From Acidimicrobiia bacterium (GTDB lineage: Bacteria; Actinomycetota; Acidimicrobiia; IMCC26256; JAGNEX01), in the NCBI GenBank assembly GCA_018003035.1, contig JAGNEX010000004.1, positions 651 through 64,650 on the forward strand: a stretch of 64,000 nucleotides of DNA. The letters are read 5' to 3'. Below the pieces are notes generated by a model. That model was not told the origin of the DNA and did not search any database. It saw only the letters and a list, made by a program, of their open reading frames with translations. Position numbers and translations under genes: made by a program. Of the stretch, positions 45,775-55,750 are shown piece after piece; within the stretch, counting starts at the first letter, position 1, and the number at the start of each line of letters is the position of its first letter.

Positions 45775-47169
45775 GTGCCCGGCATGGATACACCTTGGTT
45801 GGGGGACGCCTGCTCGTTGGTCGACGCGTTTCGCGCTGGCACCAGACATCCTGTCGAAGAACTGACCGCTTGTCTGGACGCGATCGATCGCTCCGAATGT
45901 AATGCCTTTGACTTCATCGATCGCGAACCCGCCTTGACCGCGGCACGCAACGCCAACGTCGATCTGCCCTTTGGCGGGGTGCCGATCGGGATCAAAGACC
46001 TCTTCCCCGTGGCGGGGTGGCCCTATACCGAAGCATCGTTGGTCTTTGCAGACAGGATTTCGGACCATACGGGGACCGTCACCGAACGCGTTATCGCAAG
46101 CGGCGCGGTCCCGATCGGATCGACAACCTCGAGCGAGTTCGGCGGCATCAACTGCACCAGCACGAAGCTCAATGGCGACACACACAACCCATGGCAATTC
46201 GGGAAAACGCCAGGCGGTTCTTCGGGCGGTTCGGCCGCGGCTGTCGCTGCGGGCCTGGTACCCATCGCATCGGGTGGTGACGGCGGCGGGTCGATCCGCA
46301 TACCAGCTGGATTCACCGGTCTGGTGGGACTCAAAGCCACCTTTGGCCGCATCCCCAGGGGCCCTCACACCGAGGTCAACCCTCTCACCGTCTGTTTCGG
46401 AGCGCTGACCCGCAGCGTGCGCGACACTGCCCGATTCTTTGACAACACCAACGGTCACGACCCAACCGACCCCAACAGCCTTCCCAAAGTCGGCGGCTGG
46501 GAGTCGCGCCTCGGCACGCTGGACCTGGCCGGCGCAACGGTTGCCGTCGTCCCCGATCTTGGTGCGGCACGTGTCAGCGCCGAGGTGGCTGGCCGAATCG
46601 AGACCGCCGCAGACGTCTTAATTCGCGCAGTCGGACTCAAGCGCGTCGATCTGCCCATCGAGTTCCCAGCGGTGAGCATGGAATGGACGCTGGCAAACCT
46701 TGTGATTCTGCGCGGCGTGCTCGGAGACCTCTATCCAGCGTGCGAATCAGAACTGACCGACGAGATTGCCTTCGCGCTGCGCCTCGGAGAGATAGCGTTC
46801 GACCTCAACGTTGCCGCCAGAGTGGAAGTCCAGCGCGCGGCCTTGAACGACCGGATGGCGCAGTTGCTCTCCGAGGTCGACTTCATCATCGGAGCGACCA
46901 ACCCCGACGTTGCGTTCAGCGCGAGTGGACCGCTGCCAACCACAGTGGACGGGTTAAGCGTCGGGCTCGGCAACAACGGGGCGTTGACGATCCCCTCAAA
47001 CATTCACGGTAACCCGGCGATCTCGGTCCCCGCGGGTACCGTGAACGGGTTGCCCGTTGGGATGCAGATCATCTCCCAGCATTTCGCCGAGGAACGGTTG
47101 CTGTCGCTGGCACGATCGCTGGAGCTTGAGATGCCCTGGCCGCTCGTGGCAGCCAACGCGCCCTGCTGA
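45775..47169 (+). CDS. Amidase signature-family protein
   Basis: 464 aa: LPFGGVPIGIKDLFPVAGWPYTEAS, GGSSGGSAAAVAAGLVPIASGGDGGGSIRIPAGFTGLVGLK. Confidence 0.92.
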   Translation: MPGMDTPWLGDACSLVDAFRAGTRHPVEELTACLDAIDRSECNAFDFIDREPALTAARNANVDLPFGGVPIGIKDLFPVAGWPYTEASLVFADRISDHTGTVTERVIASGAVPIGSTTSSEFGGINCTSTKLNGDTHNPWQFGKTPGGSSGGSAAAVAAGLVPIASGGDGGGSIRIPAGFTGLVGLKATFGRIPRGPHTEVNPLTVCFGALTRSVRDTARFFDNTNGHDPTDPNSLPKVGGWESRLGTLDLAGATVAVVPDLGAARVSAEVAGRIETAADVLIRAVGLKRVDLPIEFPAVSMEWTLANLVILRGVLGDLYPACESELTDEIAFALRLGEIAFDLNVAARVEVQRAALNDRMAQLLSEVDFIIGATNPDVAFSASGPLPTTVDGLSVGLGNNGALTIPSNIHGNPAISVPAGTVNGLPVGMQIISQHFAEERLLSLARSLELEMPWPLVAANAPC

Positions 47170-47241
47170 GTGACCGGCGCCCGCGTCCAGCGCAACTGGC
47201 CATCAAAATCCGATGACGTCAGAACTCCGGTGTCATGCGGC

Positions 47242-47499
47242 TCAGATGCCGTCCTCAGCGACCTCGATATCCCAGCGTTCCAAACAGCTCCGGCATCGGT
47301 AGGCGACGATCGAACCGACCGGTGCCATGGCGCGGGGTTCGGTGAATGTGATCAGCCCGGCTTCATCCCCACAGTCGACGCAGATGATCCGTTCCGCAAT
47401 TCGCACGAGCTCTGCGTCGAAAGGACGGTTGTCGGCGTCCGATCCGGAAAAGGTCATGGGAGCCGGCCGATCAACCCTCGTCGTCGCTGGCGGTGACAC
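47242..47499 (-). CDS. Small zinc-ribbon-like hypothetical protein
   Basis: 85 aa with two CxxC pairs (IICVDCGDEAGLITF and YRCRSCLERWDI). Confidence 0.6.
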   Translation of the reverse strand: MSPPATTRVDRPAPMTFSGSDADNRPFDAELVRIAERIICVDCGDEAGLITFTEPRAMAPVGSIVAYRCRSCLERWDIEVAEDGI

Positions 47500-47974
47500 C
47501 CGCCGGCGCGGTCAGGGGCGCGCCAGGCGAACCTGCAGAGAGGGTCAAGATCCCGCCGCGCAGAGTGCCGGCAAGCTGGATCTCTTCGGGAACCCAAAAG
47601 TCGGTGTCTTGGTTCTTGAAATCCGGGAAGTCTTTGATCTGAACGATGTCGATGTTGATCTCGGCGCCATCGCATTGCGGCGGGTCGTCGTCGGTGAAGC
47701 CCTCGCACAACGATGCGGAGCGTCCGGCTTCGCTCTTGAGAAAGCCTCGAACCGCTACCACCCCATTTGAGTTCTTCAGTCGCAGGGCATCGTCGACGCC
47801 GATCGACTGGTCCGAGATCTGCACCTTGAAACTTGGGAGCGTCTCGTCGTCCTTGCCGCCATTGGCTGACCCGCAGGCCGTAGCGAGAGACGCGACGACG
47901 AGCGCTAGTCCCAGCGGGCGGACTGACCGGCTCAGCAGGCAGCGAAACGTGGACGAACTCGGGAAGGTTGACAC
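47471..47974 (-). CDS. Putative lipoprotein
   Basis: 167 aa with signal peptide and lipobox-like LVVASLATACGS. Confidence 0.65.
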   Translation of the reverse strand: MSTFPSSSTFRCLLSRSVRPLGLALVVASLATACGSANGGKDDETLPSFKVQISDQSIGVDDALRLKNSNGVVAVRGFLKSEAGRSASLCEGFTDDDPPQCDGAEINIDIVQIKDFPDFKNQDTDFWVPEEIQLAGTLRGGILTLSAGSPGAPLTAPAGVTASDDEG

Positions 47975-48112
47975 GCCGCGAAAACTAGCACCCGACCCTC
48001 AAAAGCGAAGGCGATCCGGCCCCAGAATGTGCGTTGTTGGAGCACTGGCACATGCCAAGGGCCGTACGCCGGACCAGCGCGAACCCGCTCCAAATACCCG
48101 AGGCTTGGGACG

Positions 48113-48709
48113 TCAATCTGTAAAGGCAGCAACCTCGTCGAGCAGCCGTCCCAGGCGGGCAACGAGCAGCGACCCAGGCGCAGCCGCATCGAGCGTCGCT
48201 AGCACCGAACGGTGAAACCACAACTGGCTCTCCCGCCCCATGGTGAACTGCGACCAGGCGCCCGAACCGAACGCGTGTAGATCGGAAAGGGTCGCCGAGA
48301 GATTCCAAATTTTGTCCGCTGCGGTAACCCGGACGATGCCAATGTGAGGCATCGACGCTGCCAGTCGATCCAAATAGGCGGTCTTTCGCTCGCGCCACGG
48401 CGGCTTCGGGTCCGTTTTGGTGTCGCTGCACACATCGACGATATAGGCAACCTCTGAACCATAACGGTGCTCAATGTCAGCCAGACGGAAGGCGCCGCCA
48501 GCATCTTCGACCGCATCGTGAAGCAAAGCCGCTATCACCTCGGCCTCGGATCCACCGTCGTCCACCACCAGTGCCGCGACCCCCAAGAGGTGGCCGATGT
48601 AGGCCGGCGCCCCCGACTTTCTCCCCTGCGCTCCATGCACGGCATGCGCATAGGAAAAGGCATCATCCAATTGTCCAGAGAACCATTGCATGGGTGGACG
48701 CTCTGTCAC
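48113..48709 (-). CDS. HD-domain phosphohydrolase (SpoT/Mesh1-like small alarmone hydrolase candidate)
   Basis: FSYAHAVHGAQGRKSGAPAYIGHLLGVAALVVD...VIAALLHDAVEDAGG...RVTAADKIWNLSATL. Confidence 0.82.
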   Translation of the reverse strand: MTERPPMQWFSGQLDDAFSYAHAVHGAQGRKSGAPAYIGHLLGVAALVVDDGGSEAEVIAALLHDAVEDAGGAFRLADIEHRYGSEVAYIVDVCSDTKTDPKPPWRERKTAYLDRLAASMPHIGIVRVTAADKIWNLSATLSDLHAFGSGAWSQFTMGRESQLWFHRSVLATLDAAAPGSLLVARLGRLLDEVAAFTD

Positions 48710-48874
48710 GTCGCTCCTCGGGTCCTTCGACCGCTGCTCTCGGTCACGTCAAAAAACTTTGCACCGGGAAGTTGGCGTACCACGGCTTGGTGCCCTGCCG
48801 CCCACACAACGCTCATTTAGCCCGACGCAGAGCCCGGTCGAAAGGTCTGTTGACCGAGCGATAGTCTGCCCGCC

Positions 48875-49909
48875 ATGACTCGACTCATCTCCCTCTTGGC
48901 CGCGCTCTTGCTCGTTACCGCAGCGTGCGGGTCCGACGACGCAAAGTCGGGCGAAACGACCACATCCCAGTCGGGGACCGCAACGACCGTCGAAGGCCAG
49001 ACCACGACCAGCGCCACGCAGGATGACACCGGGTCGACAGCAGCCGAGTCAGACGAAACCACGACAACCGATGCCGGCGGGCCGACCACCACCGCGGCGG
49101 TCAACGCCGAAATCGACATGAATGTCACCGACACCGGGGCCGAACCGCGCCAAGTTCTGAGGTACGACTTCAAGGCCGGCGTGCGCAACGTCACCACCGT
49201 GATGGACGCGTCCGCCTCACAGACGGTCGATGGCACACCAGTCCGCGAGCAGGCCAGCCCGACCCAGACGGTGAACGCAGTTCAAGAGATCACCGAAGTC
49301 AACGATGGGACGGCAACGGCGACTCAGACGATCAACGAGATCCTCTTCGATGGCAAAGCGCCAACCGGGGAACTCAAAACCAAAGCCGACCAGGCAATGG
49401 CGCGTCCCGTTGAAGTGAAGTTCGCCTCCGATGGCACACCCGAGATCATCTCGCCTAAGAGTCAGCAGGAACAGGCTGCTGCGGCCACCTCGGTCAACAT
49501 TCAAGGCGACACCGTGACGAAGTTCCCCGAAGAGGCCGTAGGCGTTGGCGCTACTTGGGAGGTCAACACCAAGATCACTTCGCAGGGTCTCGTGTTGGAC
49601 AACAAGGTGACCTACACGCTTACAAAGATCGACGGGAACCTGGTCACCATCGAATCGGTCGGCGAAGCGACGGTTCCCAAGGGGACCGAACTGCCACCGC
49701 AAGAAGGCTCCGCGGCCACGGGCACTATCGAAGAATTTGGCCAGCGCGTTGAGGCCACCGAGATCTACGACTTGTCCTGGCCTTGGCCGATCGAAAAGAC
49801 GACGTCGTCAACCGCCCGCCAATTCATTCGAGTCACCCAGAACGGCACCACTGCGGTGGCCGGCGTCGAGCAGAAGCAGACTGCAGAACTCACCAGCGAC
49901 GCAGGGTAG
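48875..49909 (+). CDS. Putative secreted lipoprotein
   Basis: 344 aa with lipobox LLVTAACGSDD, Thr-rich linker and beta-rich body. Confidence 0.78.
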   Translation: MTRLISLLAALLLVTAACGSDDAKSGETTTSQSGTATTVEGQTTTSATQDDTGSTAAESDETTTTDAGGPTTTAAVNAEIDMNVTDTGAEPRQVLRYDFKAGVRNVTTVMDASASQTVDGTPVREQASPTQTVNAVQEITEVNDGTATATQTINEILFDGKAPTGELKTKADQAMARPVEVKFASDGTPEIISPKSQQEQAAAATSVNIQGDTVTKFPEEAVGVGATWEVNTKITSQGLVLDNKVTYTLTKIDGNLVTIESVGEATVPKGTELPPQEGSAATGTIEEFGQRVEATEIYDLSWPWPIEKTTSSTARQFIRVTQNGTTAVAGVEQKQTAELTSDAG

Positions 49910-50154
49910 CGAGCGTTCAGTGCGCTCGCACTGGACGACAAACGAGCGGCATCTCGAGCGAGCGTGTCAGCCCCGGAACTTGAACCCCCGGGGAGAGCAA
50001 TGGCTGACGCGCCCGACTCGGCGGAAGCCCTAGGCTGTCCGCACCCGAAACCGACGGCCGGTCGCTGCCTTGCCCGAAGGCAGTCGCACGCATGCTTTGA
50101 TCTGCCCGGTTTCGCCCATTTCAGCGAAGCCCGACCGATCAGGAGCCAACAACC

Positions 50155-51414
50155 GTGACCGTGGCCGATCTAACCGCCGAAGATGTCAGAGCCGAAGTAA
50201 AGGCCTGGATCGACCAGAATTGGGATCCAGATCTGACCGTTGGACAATGGTGGGAGTTGCTTGCGGGCGGAGGCTGGTGCGCCCCAACGTGGCCGGAAGA
50301 ATGGTACGGCCGGGGCTATACCCGGGACCTGGGCAACGTGGTCTTCGATGAACTGCGCGCGGCCAACGTCATCGGCCCGCCGCTCGGCCTTGGTCTGGTG
50401 CTCGCAGGGCCGACCATCCTCACCCACGGAACCGACGAACAGAAACGACGGTACCTATGGCCGATCGTGACCGGCCAAGAGGCCTGGTGTCAGCTCTTTA
50501 GCGAGCCCGGTGCGGGAAGCGACCTGGCGAGCGTCGCATGCCGGGCGGACGCTGACGAAGAGGGATGGACCGTCAACGGTCAGAAGGTGTGGACCTCGGG
50601 TGGGCAGTTCGCCGAACTCGGCATGCTGATGGCACGCACCGACGCCAACCTTCCCAAGCACCAGGGCATCTCCTACTTTGCCTTCGAGATGCAACAGCCC
50701 GGCGTCGAGGTGCGCCCTCTGAAAGAAATGACTGGCCGAGCGCTGTTTAACGAAGTGTTCATGACCGATTGTCGGGTCAGCACCGACCAGCTCATCGGCG
50801 GACTGGGTAACGGGTGGAAGGTCGCTAACACCACCCTGATGTTCGAGCGCACCGGTCTCGGGGCTGGCGGCCAGGGTGGAATGGGCCAGGTCGCACCCGG
50901 ATCAATTGCGGGAATGCTCGACAAACGCGTCGGCGACCAGGTCGGACGCTCCTCTGGACCCGTCATGGGCGTCGGCCGGGACCCCGCCAAAGCCTTTGCA
51001 GCGTTGGCGCAAAGCCGCGGGGTCAACGACACCATCACCCGACAGATGTTGGCGCAGCTCCACACGCTGACCGAGATCGGCCGTTACACCCAGCTCCGGG
51101 CGAAAGCCGCTCAGCTCGCAGGAAAGAAGCCGGGACCCGAATCGAGTACCGGCAAGTTGCTGATGTCCAACATCGTCCGGTTATCCCGCGAAACGGGGCT
51201 CCGGATCCTGGGCGCCGACGCCATGCTGAACGGACCCGACGCCCCCTTCGGTGGGCGGATCCAAGAGATGGCGCTATTCAGCCCCGCCCCATCGATCTAC
51301 GGGGGCTCGGACCAGATCCAGCGCAACATCATCGGTGAGCGAGTGCTGGGACTCCCCCGCGAGCCAAGCACCGACCGTGACGTGCCGTTCAAGGAACTTC
51401 GCCTGTCTCGCTAG
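50155..51414 (+). CDS. Acyl-CoA dehydrogenase family protein
   Basis: CQLFSEPGAGSDLASVACRADADEEGWTVNGQKVWTSGG...SIYGGSDQIQRNIIGERVLGLPREP. Confidence 0.92.
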   Translation: MTVADLTAEDVRAEVKAWIDQNWDPDLTVGQWWELLAGGGWCAPTWPEEWYGRGYTRDLGNVVFDELRAANVIGPPLGLGLVLAGPTILTHGTDEQKRRYLWPIVTGQEAWCQLFSEPGAGSDLASVACRADADEEGWTVNGQKVWTSGGQFAELGMLMARTDANLPKHQGISYFAFEMQQPGVEVRPLKEMTGRALFNEVFMTDCRVSTDQLIGGLGNGWKVANTTLMFERTGLGAGGQGGMGQVAPGSIAGMLDKRVGDQVGRSSGPVMGVGRDPAKAFAALAQSRGVNDTITRQMLAQLHTLTEIGRYTQLRAKAAQLAGKKPGPESSTGKLLMSNIVRLSRETGLRILGADAMLNGPDAPFGGRIQEMALFSPAPSIYGGSDQIQRNIIGERVLGLPREPSTDRDVPFKELRLSR

Positions 51415-51424
51415 AAGCGTTTGG

Positions 51425-51453
51425 CCGGACGGTCGCCTGCGCTGGCCGTCCGG
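51425..51453. terminator. Stem-loop between convergent acyl-CoA dehydrogenase and M18 peptidase genes
   Basis: CCGGACGG-(13 nt)-CCGTCCGG, perfect 8-bp stem 10 nt after the stop at 51414. Confidence 0.5.
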
Positions 51454-51576
51454 GTTTGCCGAGGACCGACGATCCGCGGTGCTGTCGTCGGCCGAACCGG
51501 CGGTCAGAGCGCGTTTTACTTCTGGCCGCCGATACAGGCGTCTACGCAGCGATTTCGTACGCCCGCCCGGGCGGTT

Positions 51577-52971
51577 TCACGCCACCCCGCAGAACGCGGC
51601 CATGAAGGCTGCGTACGTCGAAACGTCGACAGTCGCCATGAGCTCGCGCGCTGAATGCATGGACAGTTGCGGGGCGCCAATGTCGAATGCAGGAACGCCG
51701 AGACGCGCTGCGACAGCCGGTCCGACGGTGGAGCCGCAAGCCATGTCGTTTCGCATGACGAAACGCTGAAGTGGCAGGCCTGCGCTCGCAGCGAGGTCGG
51801 AAGCGAAAGCGCTTGACGCTCCGTCTGTCGTGTACCGCTGCGAGGCATTGAACTTCAGCACGGGTCCCCCGCCTGGGATGATCTGATGATGCGGGTCGTG
51901 TAGGTCGGGCCGCGCTGGATGCGTGGCATGCGCCATATCGGCAGAACACAACCATGAATTGGCGACCGCTATTTCGAAGTCCTCCGAGGACACGCCGATG
52001 CTCCTCAGCGCCCGGCGCACTACCAGGTTGAGGAATTCGCTGTCGGCGCCGACATCTGACACCGAGCCAACCTCCTCGTGATCAAAAAGCGCGACGATCA
52101 CGCCCACCCCGCCTGCACCGCCTTTCGCCGCGTGACTGACGATGGCTTCGAGCGCGCTCCAGCTGGAACAGAGATTGTCGAGCCTGGGCGCCGACAAGAG
52201 GTCCCGGTCTGCGCCGATCAGTTCCGAGATCGCAGCGTCGACCAGCATGACGTCAAAGCCAGTGACGGCATCCGGCTGCACGCCCGCATCCTCGGCGAGG
52301 AGGCCGACGACGTCGACCGGCGGGATCAACCCGGTCACTCCAACGGTGTCGACTTGTGCGTTCGTGCGCATTTCGACGTTGACTTGCCGATCGAGGTGCA
52401 CAGCGACCGAGGGGATCTGCACCAGTGCCGTCGAGGAGTCGACCAGCGACGACTGCGCCTCGCCCGACGCGAAGATCCGCCCAGCGACCCGAAGCGGACG
52501 GTTCATCCACGTATGCAGAATGGGGCTGCCATAGACCTCGACATGCAGGGTGGACCAACCGCAGCTCATGGCTGCTGAACGCGGTTTGAGTCGCAGGCCG
52601 GGGCTGTCGGTATGTGCGGCGATGATGCGCAGGCCCGACGTTGGTTCCCAGTCATCCGGTAGCGACCAGGCAACCAACGTCCCTCCGCGCGGCACGTACC
52701 CACGCCGGACTGGCGACCGCCACGGCTCGGTGAGGTCGCATTCAGAAAACCCGCCCCCAGCGAGTCGCCGACTCGCGTTATACACAGCGTGGTAAGGCGT
52801 CGGGCAAGCGTCGATCCACTCCCCTAGCTCTGCGGCTCTAGCGACCTGCCACGGGCCGGGAACCTCGCCCTCTTCGGTCGACACGTTCGGCTGAGCTACG
52901 CCGATGTCGGTCAAATCGTTGCCAGCTGGCTTCGGGCTCATCGCGGCCTCCTCACTCACCGTTTCAGACAC
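51577..52971 (-). CDS. M18-family aminopeptidase
   Basis: IIAAHTDSPGLRLKP, DHEEVGSVSDVGADSEFL, NDMACGSTVGPAVAARLGVPAFDIGAPQLSMHSARELM. Confidence 0.9.
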   Translation of the reverse strand: MSETVSEEAAMSPKPAGNDLTDIGVAQPNVSTEEGEVPGPWQVARAAELGEWIDACPTPYHAVYNASRRLAGGGFSECDLTEPWRSPVRRGYVPRGGTLVAWSLPDDWEPTSGLRIIAAHTDSPGLRLKPRSAAMSCGWSTLHVEVYGSPILHTWMNRPLRVAGRIFASGEAQSSLVDSSTALVQIPSVAVHLDRQVNVEMRTNAQVDTVGVTGLIPPVDVVGLLAEDAGVQPDAVTGFDVMLVDAAISELIGADRDLLSAPRLDNLCSSWSALEAIVSHAAKGGAGGVGVIVALFDHEEVGSVSDVGADSEFLNLVVRRALRSIGVSSEDFEIAVANSWLCSADMAHATHPARPDLHDPHHQIIPGGGPVLKFNASQRYTTDGASSAFASDLAASAGLPLQRFVMRNDMACGSTVGPAVAARLGVPAFDIGAPQLSMHSARELMATVDVSTYAAFMAAFCGVA

Positions 52972-53102
52972 GACCTTAGGCGCCCACCTCGGAGCTGGCC
53001 GGTGTACCCACGCGACCGGCTCAGCTCCCTGGGCCCGCAGTGTTGAGAACGGACCGGTCTGGGCGACCGTCCCTCGGTCAAGCCGGGTACGGTTGGCCGA
53101 TC

Positions 53103-54524
53103 ATGGCGCACGATCGCACGCAGCTACCGGGCCGAGCACGGCGTCGAGACATCCCGTCGCCGACGACGGACACGGAAACGCTCGGCCGTTTGAGTCGAAT
53201 CGTTGGCGACGCAAATGTGCTGATCGATCCGGCCGTTACAACCGCGTACGCCACCGACTGGACTCAACGCTGGCGGAGTCGTGACATCGTCGTGGTACGG
53301 CCCGGGAGTGCCAGAGAAGCCGTCGAATGCCTACGGGTCGCGGGGGCGACGGATTGGCCGGTCCAGTTGCAGGGCGGCAACACCGGCCTTGTCGGCGGAT
53401 CCCATCCGTTGGACCGGACCCTACTCATCAGCACGTCGCGTTTGCGTCGACTCGACCTTGACAACGCGTCGGATGGATTCGTCGTCGCCGACGCGGGCGT
53501 CACCCTGGCCGAGATGCAACAGGCGGTACGGCCGCTTGGCTGGGATCCGGGTATCGACATGGCCTCACGCGACTTGGCGACCGTTGGGGGGATGGTGGCA
53601 ACCAATGCCGGAGGCGTGAGCGTTCTTGCACACGGGATGACGGCCGCCCGCGCGGTGTCCGCGGAGGTTTTCTCCGTGATCGGCGACCCGATCTCGACCC
53701 TCCATCCCTTGATCAAAGACAACGCTGGACCACGCTTGGATCGGCTGCTGATCGGGTCCGAAGGAACGCTTGGGATGATCACGAAGGTGGCGTGGCGTCT
53801 GGTCCCCTGGCTGCCGTCGAGGTTGACCGTGGCCGTGCCCTTCGCTGACCTTGCGGACGCGGTGGCCTTCGTGCGCGACGCGCGACGCCTCCCCGGTCTG
53901 ATCGCTGCTGAGGCGTGGGACCAGACAACGTCTCAACTCGCCGGTCGAGCCGTGGGCAATCGTGCCGCCGCCGCTTCGTCGCCAGGGTGGACGGTCCTTG
54001 CGGAGTACGCATCAGGCCAGGTCGACGAGCAGATGTTGGCGCCGATCGCTCACTGGTTAGACGATGCCGTCGTTGCGACGGATGGCCCCGGCCGGCGGCG
54101 GCTGTGGGCAGTCCGAGAAGACGCTCCCCTAGCGCTCACCCGACTGGGCGTTCCAGTGAAGGCCGATATCAGCCTGCCACTCGCCGGCCTGGCAAAGACG
54201 GCGAATGAATTGCGCCGCAGTCTGGCCGCGGCCGAGCCCGACTGGCTGCTCGCGATGTTCGGGCATTTGGGCGACGGCAATCTTCACCTGAACGCGGTCG
54301 GCGATGGTTCAGACAACGCGGAGCGCGCCGAACGGTTCCTGAACACTGCGTTGGAAGCCGTGTTGGAACTGGGCGGTGCGGTGAGCGCCGAACACGGGCT
54401 CGGACGAGCAAAGGCCCAGTACCTCGCGGCCGCCCGGCCCGCTGAGGAACCCTGGCTTCGCCGCCTCAAGGACACCTTTGACCCGGACGGTCGACTCAAC
54501 CAGGGTGTCTTAGGCCTGGGCTGA
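53103..54524 (+). CDS. FAD-linked oxidase (glycolate oxidase GlcD / D-lactate dehydrogenase-like)
   Basis: VQLQGGNTGLVGGSHPLDRTLLISTSRL, DMASRDLATVGGMVATNAGGVSVLAHGM, FGHLGDGNLHLN, GAVSAEHGLGRAKAQYL. Start at MAHDRTQL. Confidence 0.9.
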   Translation: MAHDRTQLPGRARRRDIPSPTTDTETLGRLSRIVGDANVLIDPAVTTAYATDWTQRWRSRDIVVVRPGSAREAVECLRVAGATDWPVQLQGGNTGLVGGSHPLDRTLLISTSRLRRLDLDNASDGFVVADAGVTLAEMQQAVRPLGWDPGIDMASRDLATVGGMVATNAGGVSVLAHGMTAARAVSAEVFSVIGDPISTLHPLIKDNAGPRLDRLLIGSEGTLGMITKVAWRLVPWLPSRLTVAVPFADLADAVAFVRDARRLPGLIAAEAWDQTTSQLAGRAVGNRAAAASSPGWTVLAEYASGQVDEQMLAPIAHWLDDAVVATDGPGRRRLWAVREDAPLALTRLGVPVKADISLPLAGLAKTANELRRSLAAAEPDWLLAMFGHLGDGNLHLNAVGDGSDNAERAERFLNTALEAVLELGGAVSAEHGLGRAKAQYLAAARPAEEPWLRRLKDTFDPDGRLNQGVLGLG

Positions 54525-54905
54525 TCAGCGCTTCTTCTTTTTGCCCTTACCGTCGGGGCGCGCCTGACCCTTCTTGCGGCGCCCAAAAAAGCTCCGGCCA
54601 GGCTTCTTTTGCAGCTCTTGAGCGAGCGCCTGCACTTCTGAGTTGACGATGTCTTCGGCCGAGTCCAGCAGCGCCGCAATGTCGTCGTCGGACACTTCGA
54701 GCGATTGCGGTTCGCTCGGGCTGGGCGTCGGAGCAAGGCTCCCGTAGTTCCAACCAGCGTCGTATGTGCGCCGAACGAAACTCGGGCAGTCATCCGGGCA
54801 TCGCCAAGGCGCTTCCGGTGCAAGGTCTAAACGGCATTTACGAACAACGTCGCCCGTCGCATAGGTTCGGCTCTCGTAGTATCGGCAGTCTTCACGCATT
54901 CCCAC
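54525..54905 (-). CDS. Hypothetical protein with Cys-rich N-terminus and Lys/Arg-rich tail
   Basis: 126 aa: MGMREDCRYYESRTYATGDVVRKCRLDLAPEAPWRCPDDCPSFVRR...KKPGRSFFGRRKKG...KKKKR. Confidence 0.65.
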   Translation of the reverse strand: MGMREDCRYYESRTYATGDVVRKCRLDLAPEAPWRCPDDCPSFVRRTYDAGWNYGSLAPTPSPSEPQSLEVSDDDIAALLDSAEDIVNSEVQALAQELQKKPGRSFFGRRKKGQARPDGKGKKKKR

Positions 54906-54955
54906 GGGTCACATTCTCGCGCTACGTACAGGGCGATGGAAGGAACGTTTTGGCT

Positions 54956-55654
54956 ATGGACAAGATCACCACCGCAGTTGAGGACGGACTTTTAGTGGTT
55001 CGGATCGATGACGGAAAGGCCAATGTCATCGGCTCCCCCGAACTGGCGGTGTTGAATTCGGCGCTGGACCAGGCCGAAACCGATCGGCTGCCCATCCTGT
55101 TGGTTGGCCGACCGGGCAAGTTTTCGGCCGGTTTTGATCTGGCCGAAATGGCCGCGTCGACCGAAGAGATGCGAGCGCTCGTCAAGGGCGGCGCGCAGTT
55201 CCTCATGCGTCTGTTTACCTCGCCGCGGCCTGTCGTGTGCGCCGCGACGGGTCATTCGTTGGCTCTCGGCGCGCTGATGCTGCTTGCCAGCGACTACCGA
55301 GTTGGCGCGTCCGGGCCGTACAAAGTTGGCTTGAACGAAGTTGCGATCGGCATGCAACTTCCGATCTTTGGTGTCGAACTAGCGAAGGCACGGATGACGC
55401 CTGGCGATGTGGAACGTTCGGCGCTTCACAGCACCGTGTATTCGCCAGAACAGGCTCAGACCATTGGATTTCTCGACGAGGTAGTCGCCGAAGACCAGGT
55501 CGAGTCGACCGCCCGAGCCCACGCCCAGCGACTGGGGGCACTGCGCATCGGGGCGTACTCCATCACCAAGAACACGATCCGCGGGGCACGTGCTGCATAT
55601 GTTGCCGAAACTTTGGACGAAGACATCGCCAGCCTTCAAGGACCAAAGCTCTGA
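54956..55654 (+). CDS. Enoyl-CoA hydratase/isomerase family protein
   Basis: MDKITTAVEDGLLVVRIDDGKANVIGSPELAVLNSAL, VGRPGKFSAGFDLAEM, VCAATGHSLALGALMLLASDYRVG. Start refined from 54764 to ATG 54956. Confidence 0.9.
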   Translation: MDKITTAVEDGLLVVRIDDGKANVIGSPELAVLNSALDQAETDRLPILLVGRPGKFSAGFDLAEMAASTEEMRALVKGGAQFLMRLFTSPRPVVCAATGHSLALGALMLLASDYRVGASGPYKVGLNEVAIGMQLPIFGVELAKARMTPGDVERSALHSTVYSPEQAQTIGFLDEVVAEDQVESTARAHAQRLGALRIGAYSITKNTIRGARAAYVAETLDEDIASLQGPKL

Positions 55655-55750
55655 CCGGCCCCGACGTCGAATGCCGCCGACGTTGTGCCGGCGGCGCATC
55701 GTTGAGGCGCCAGGATTTCATAGGTTGACCACTACAAAGGACCAGCGGCA

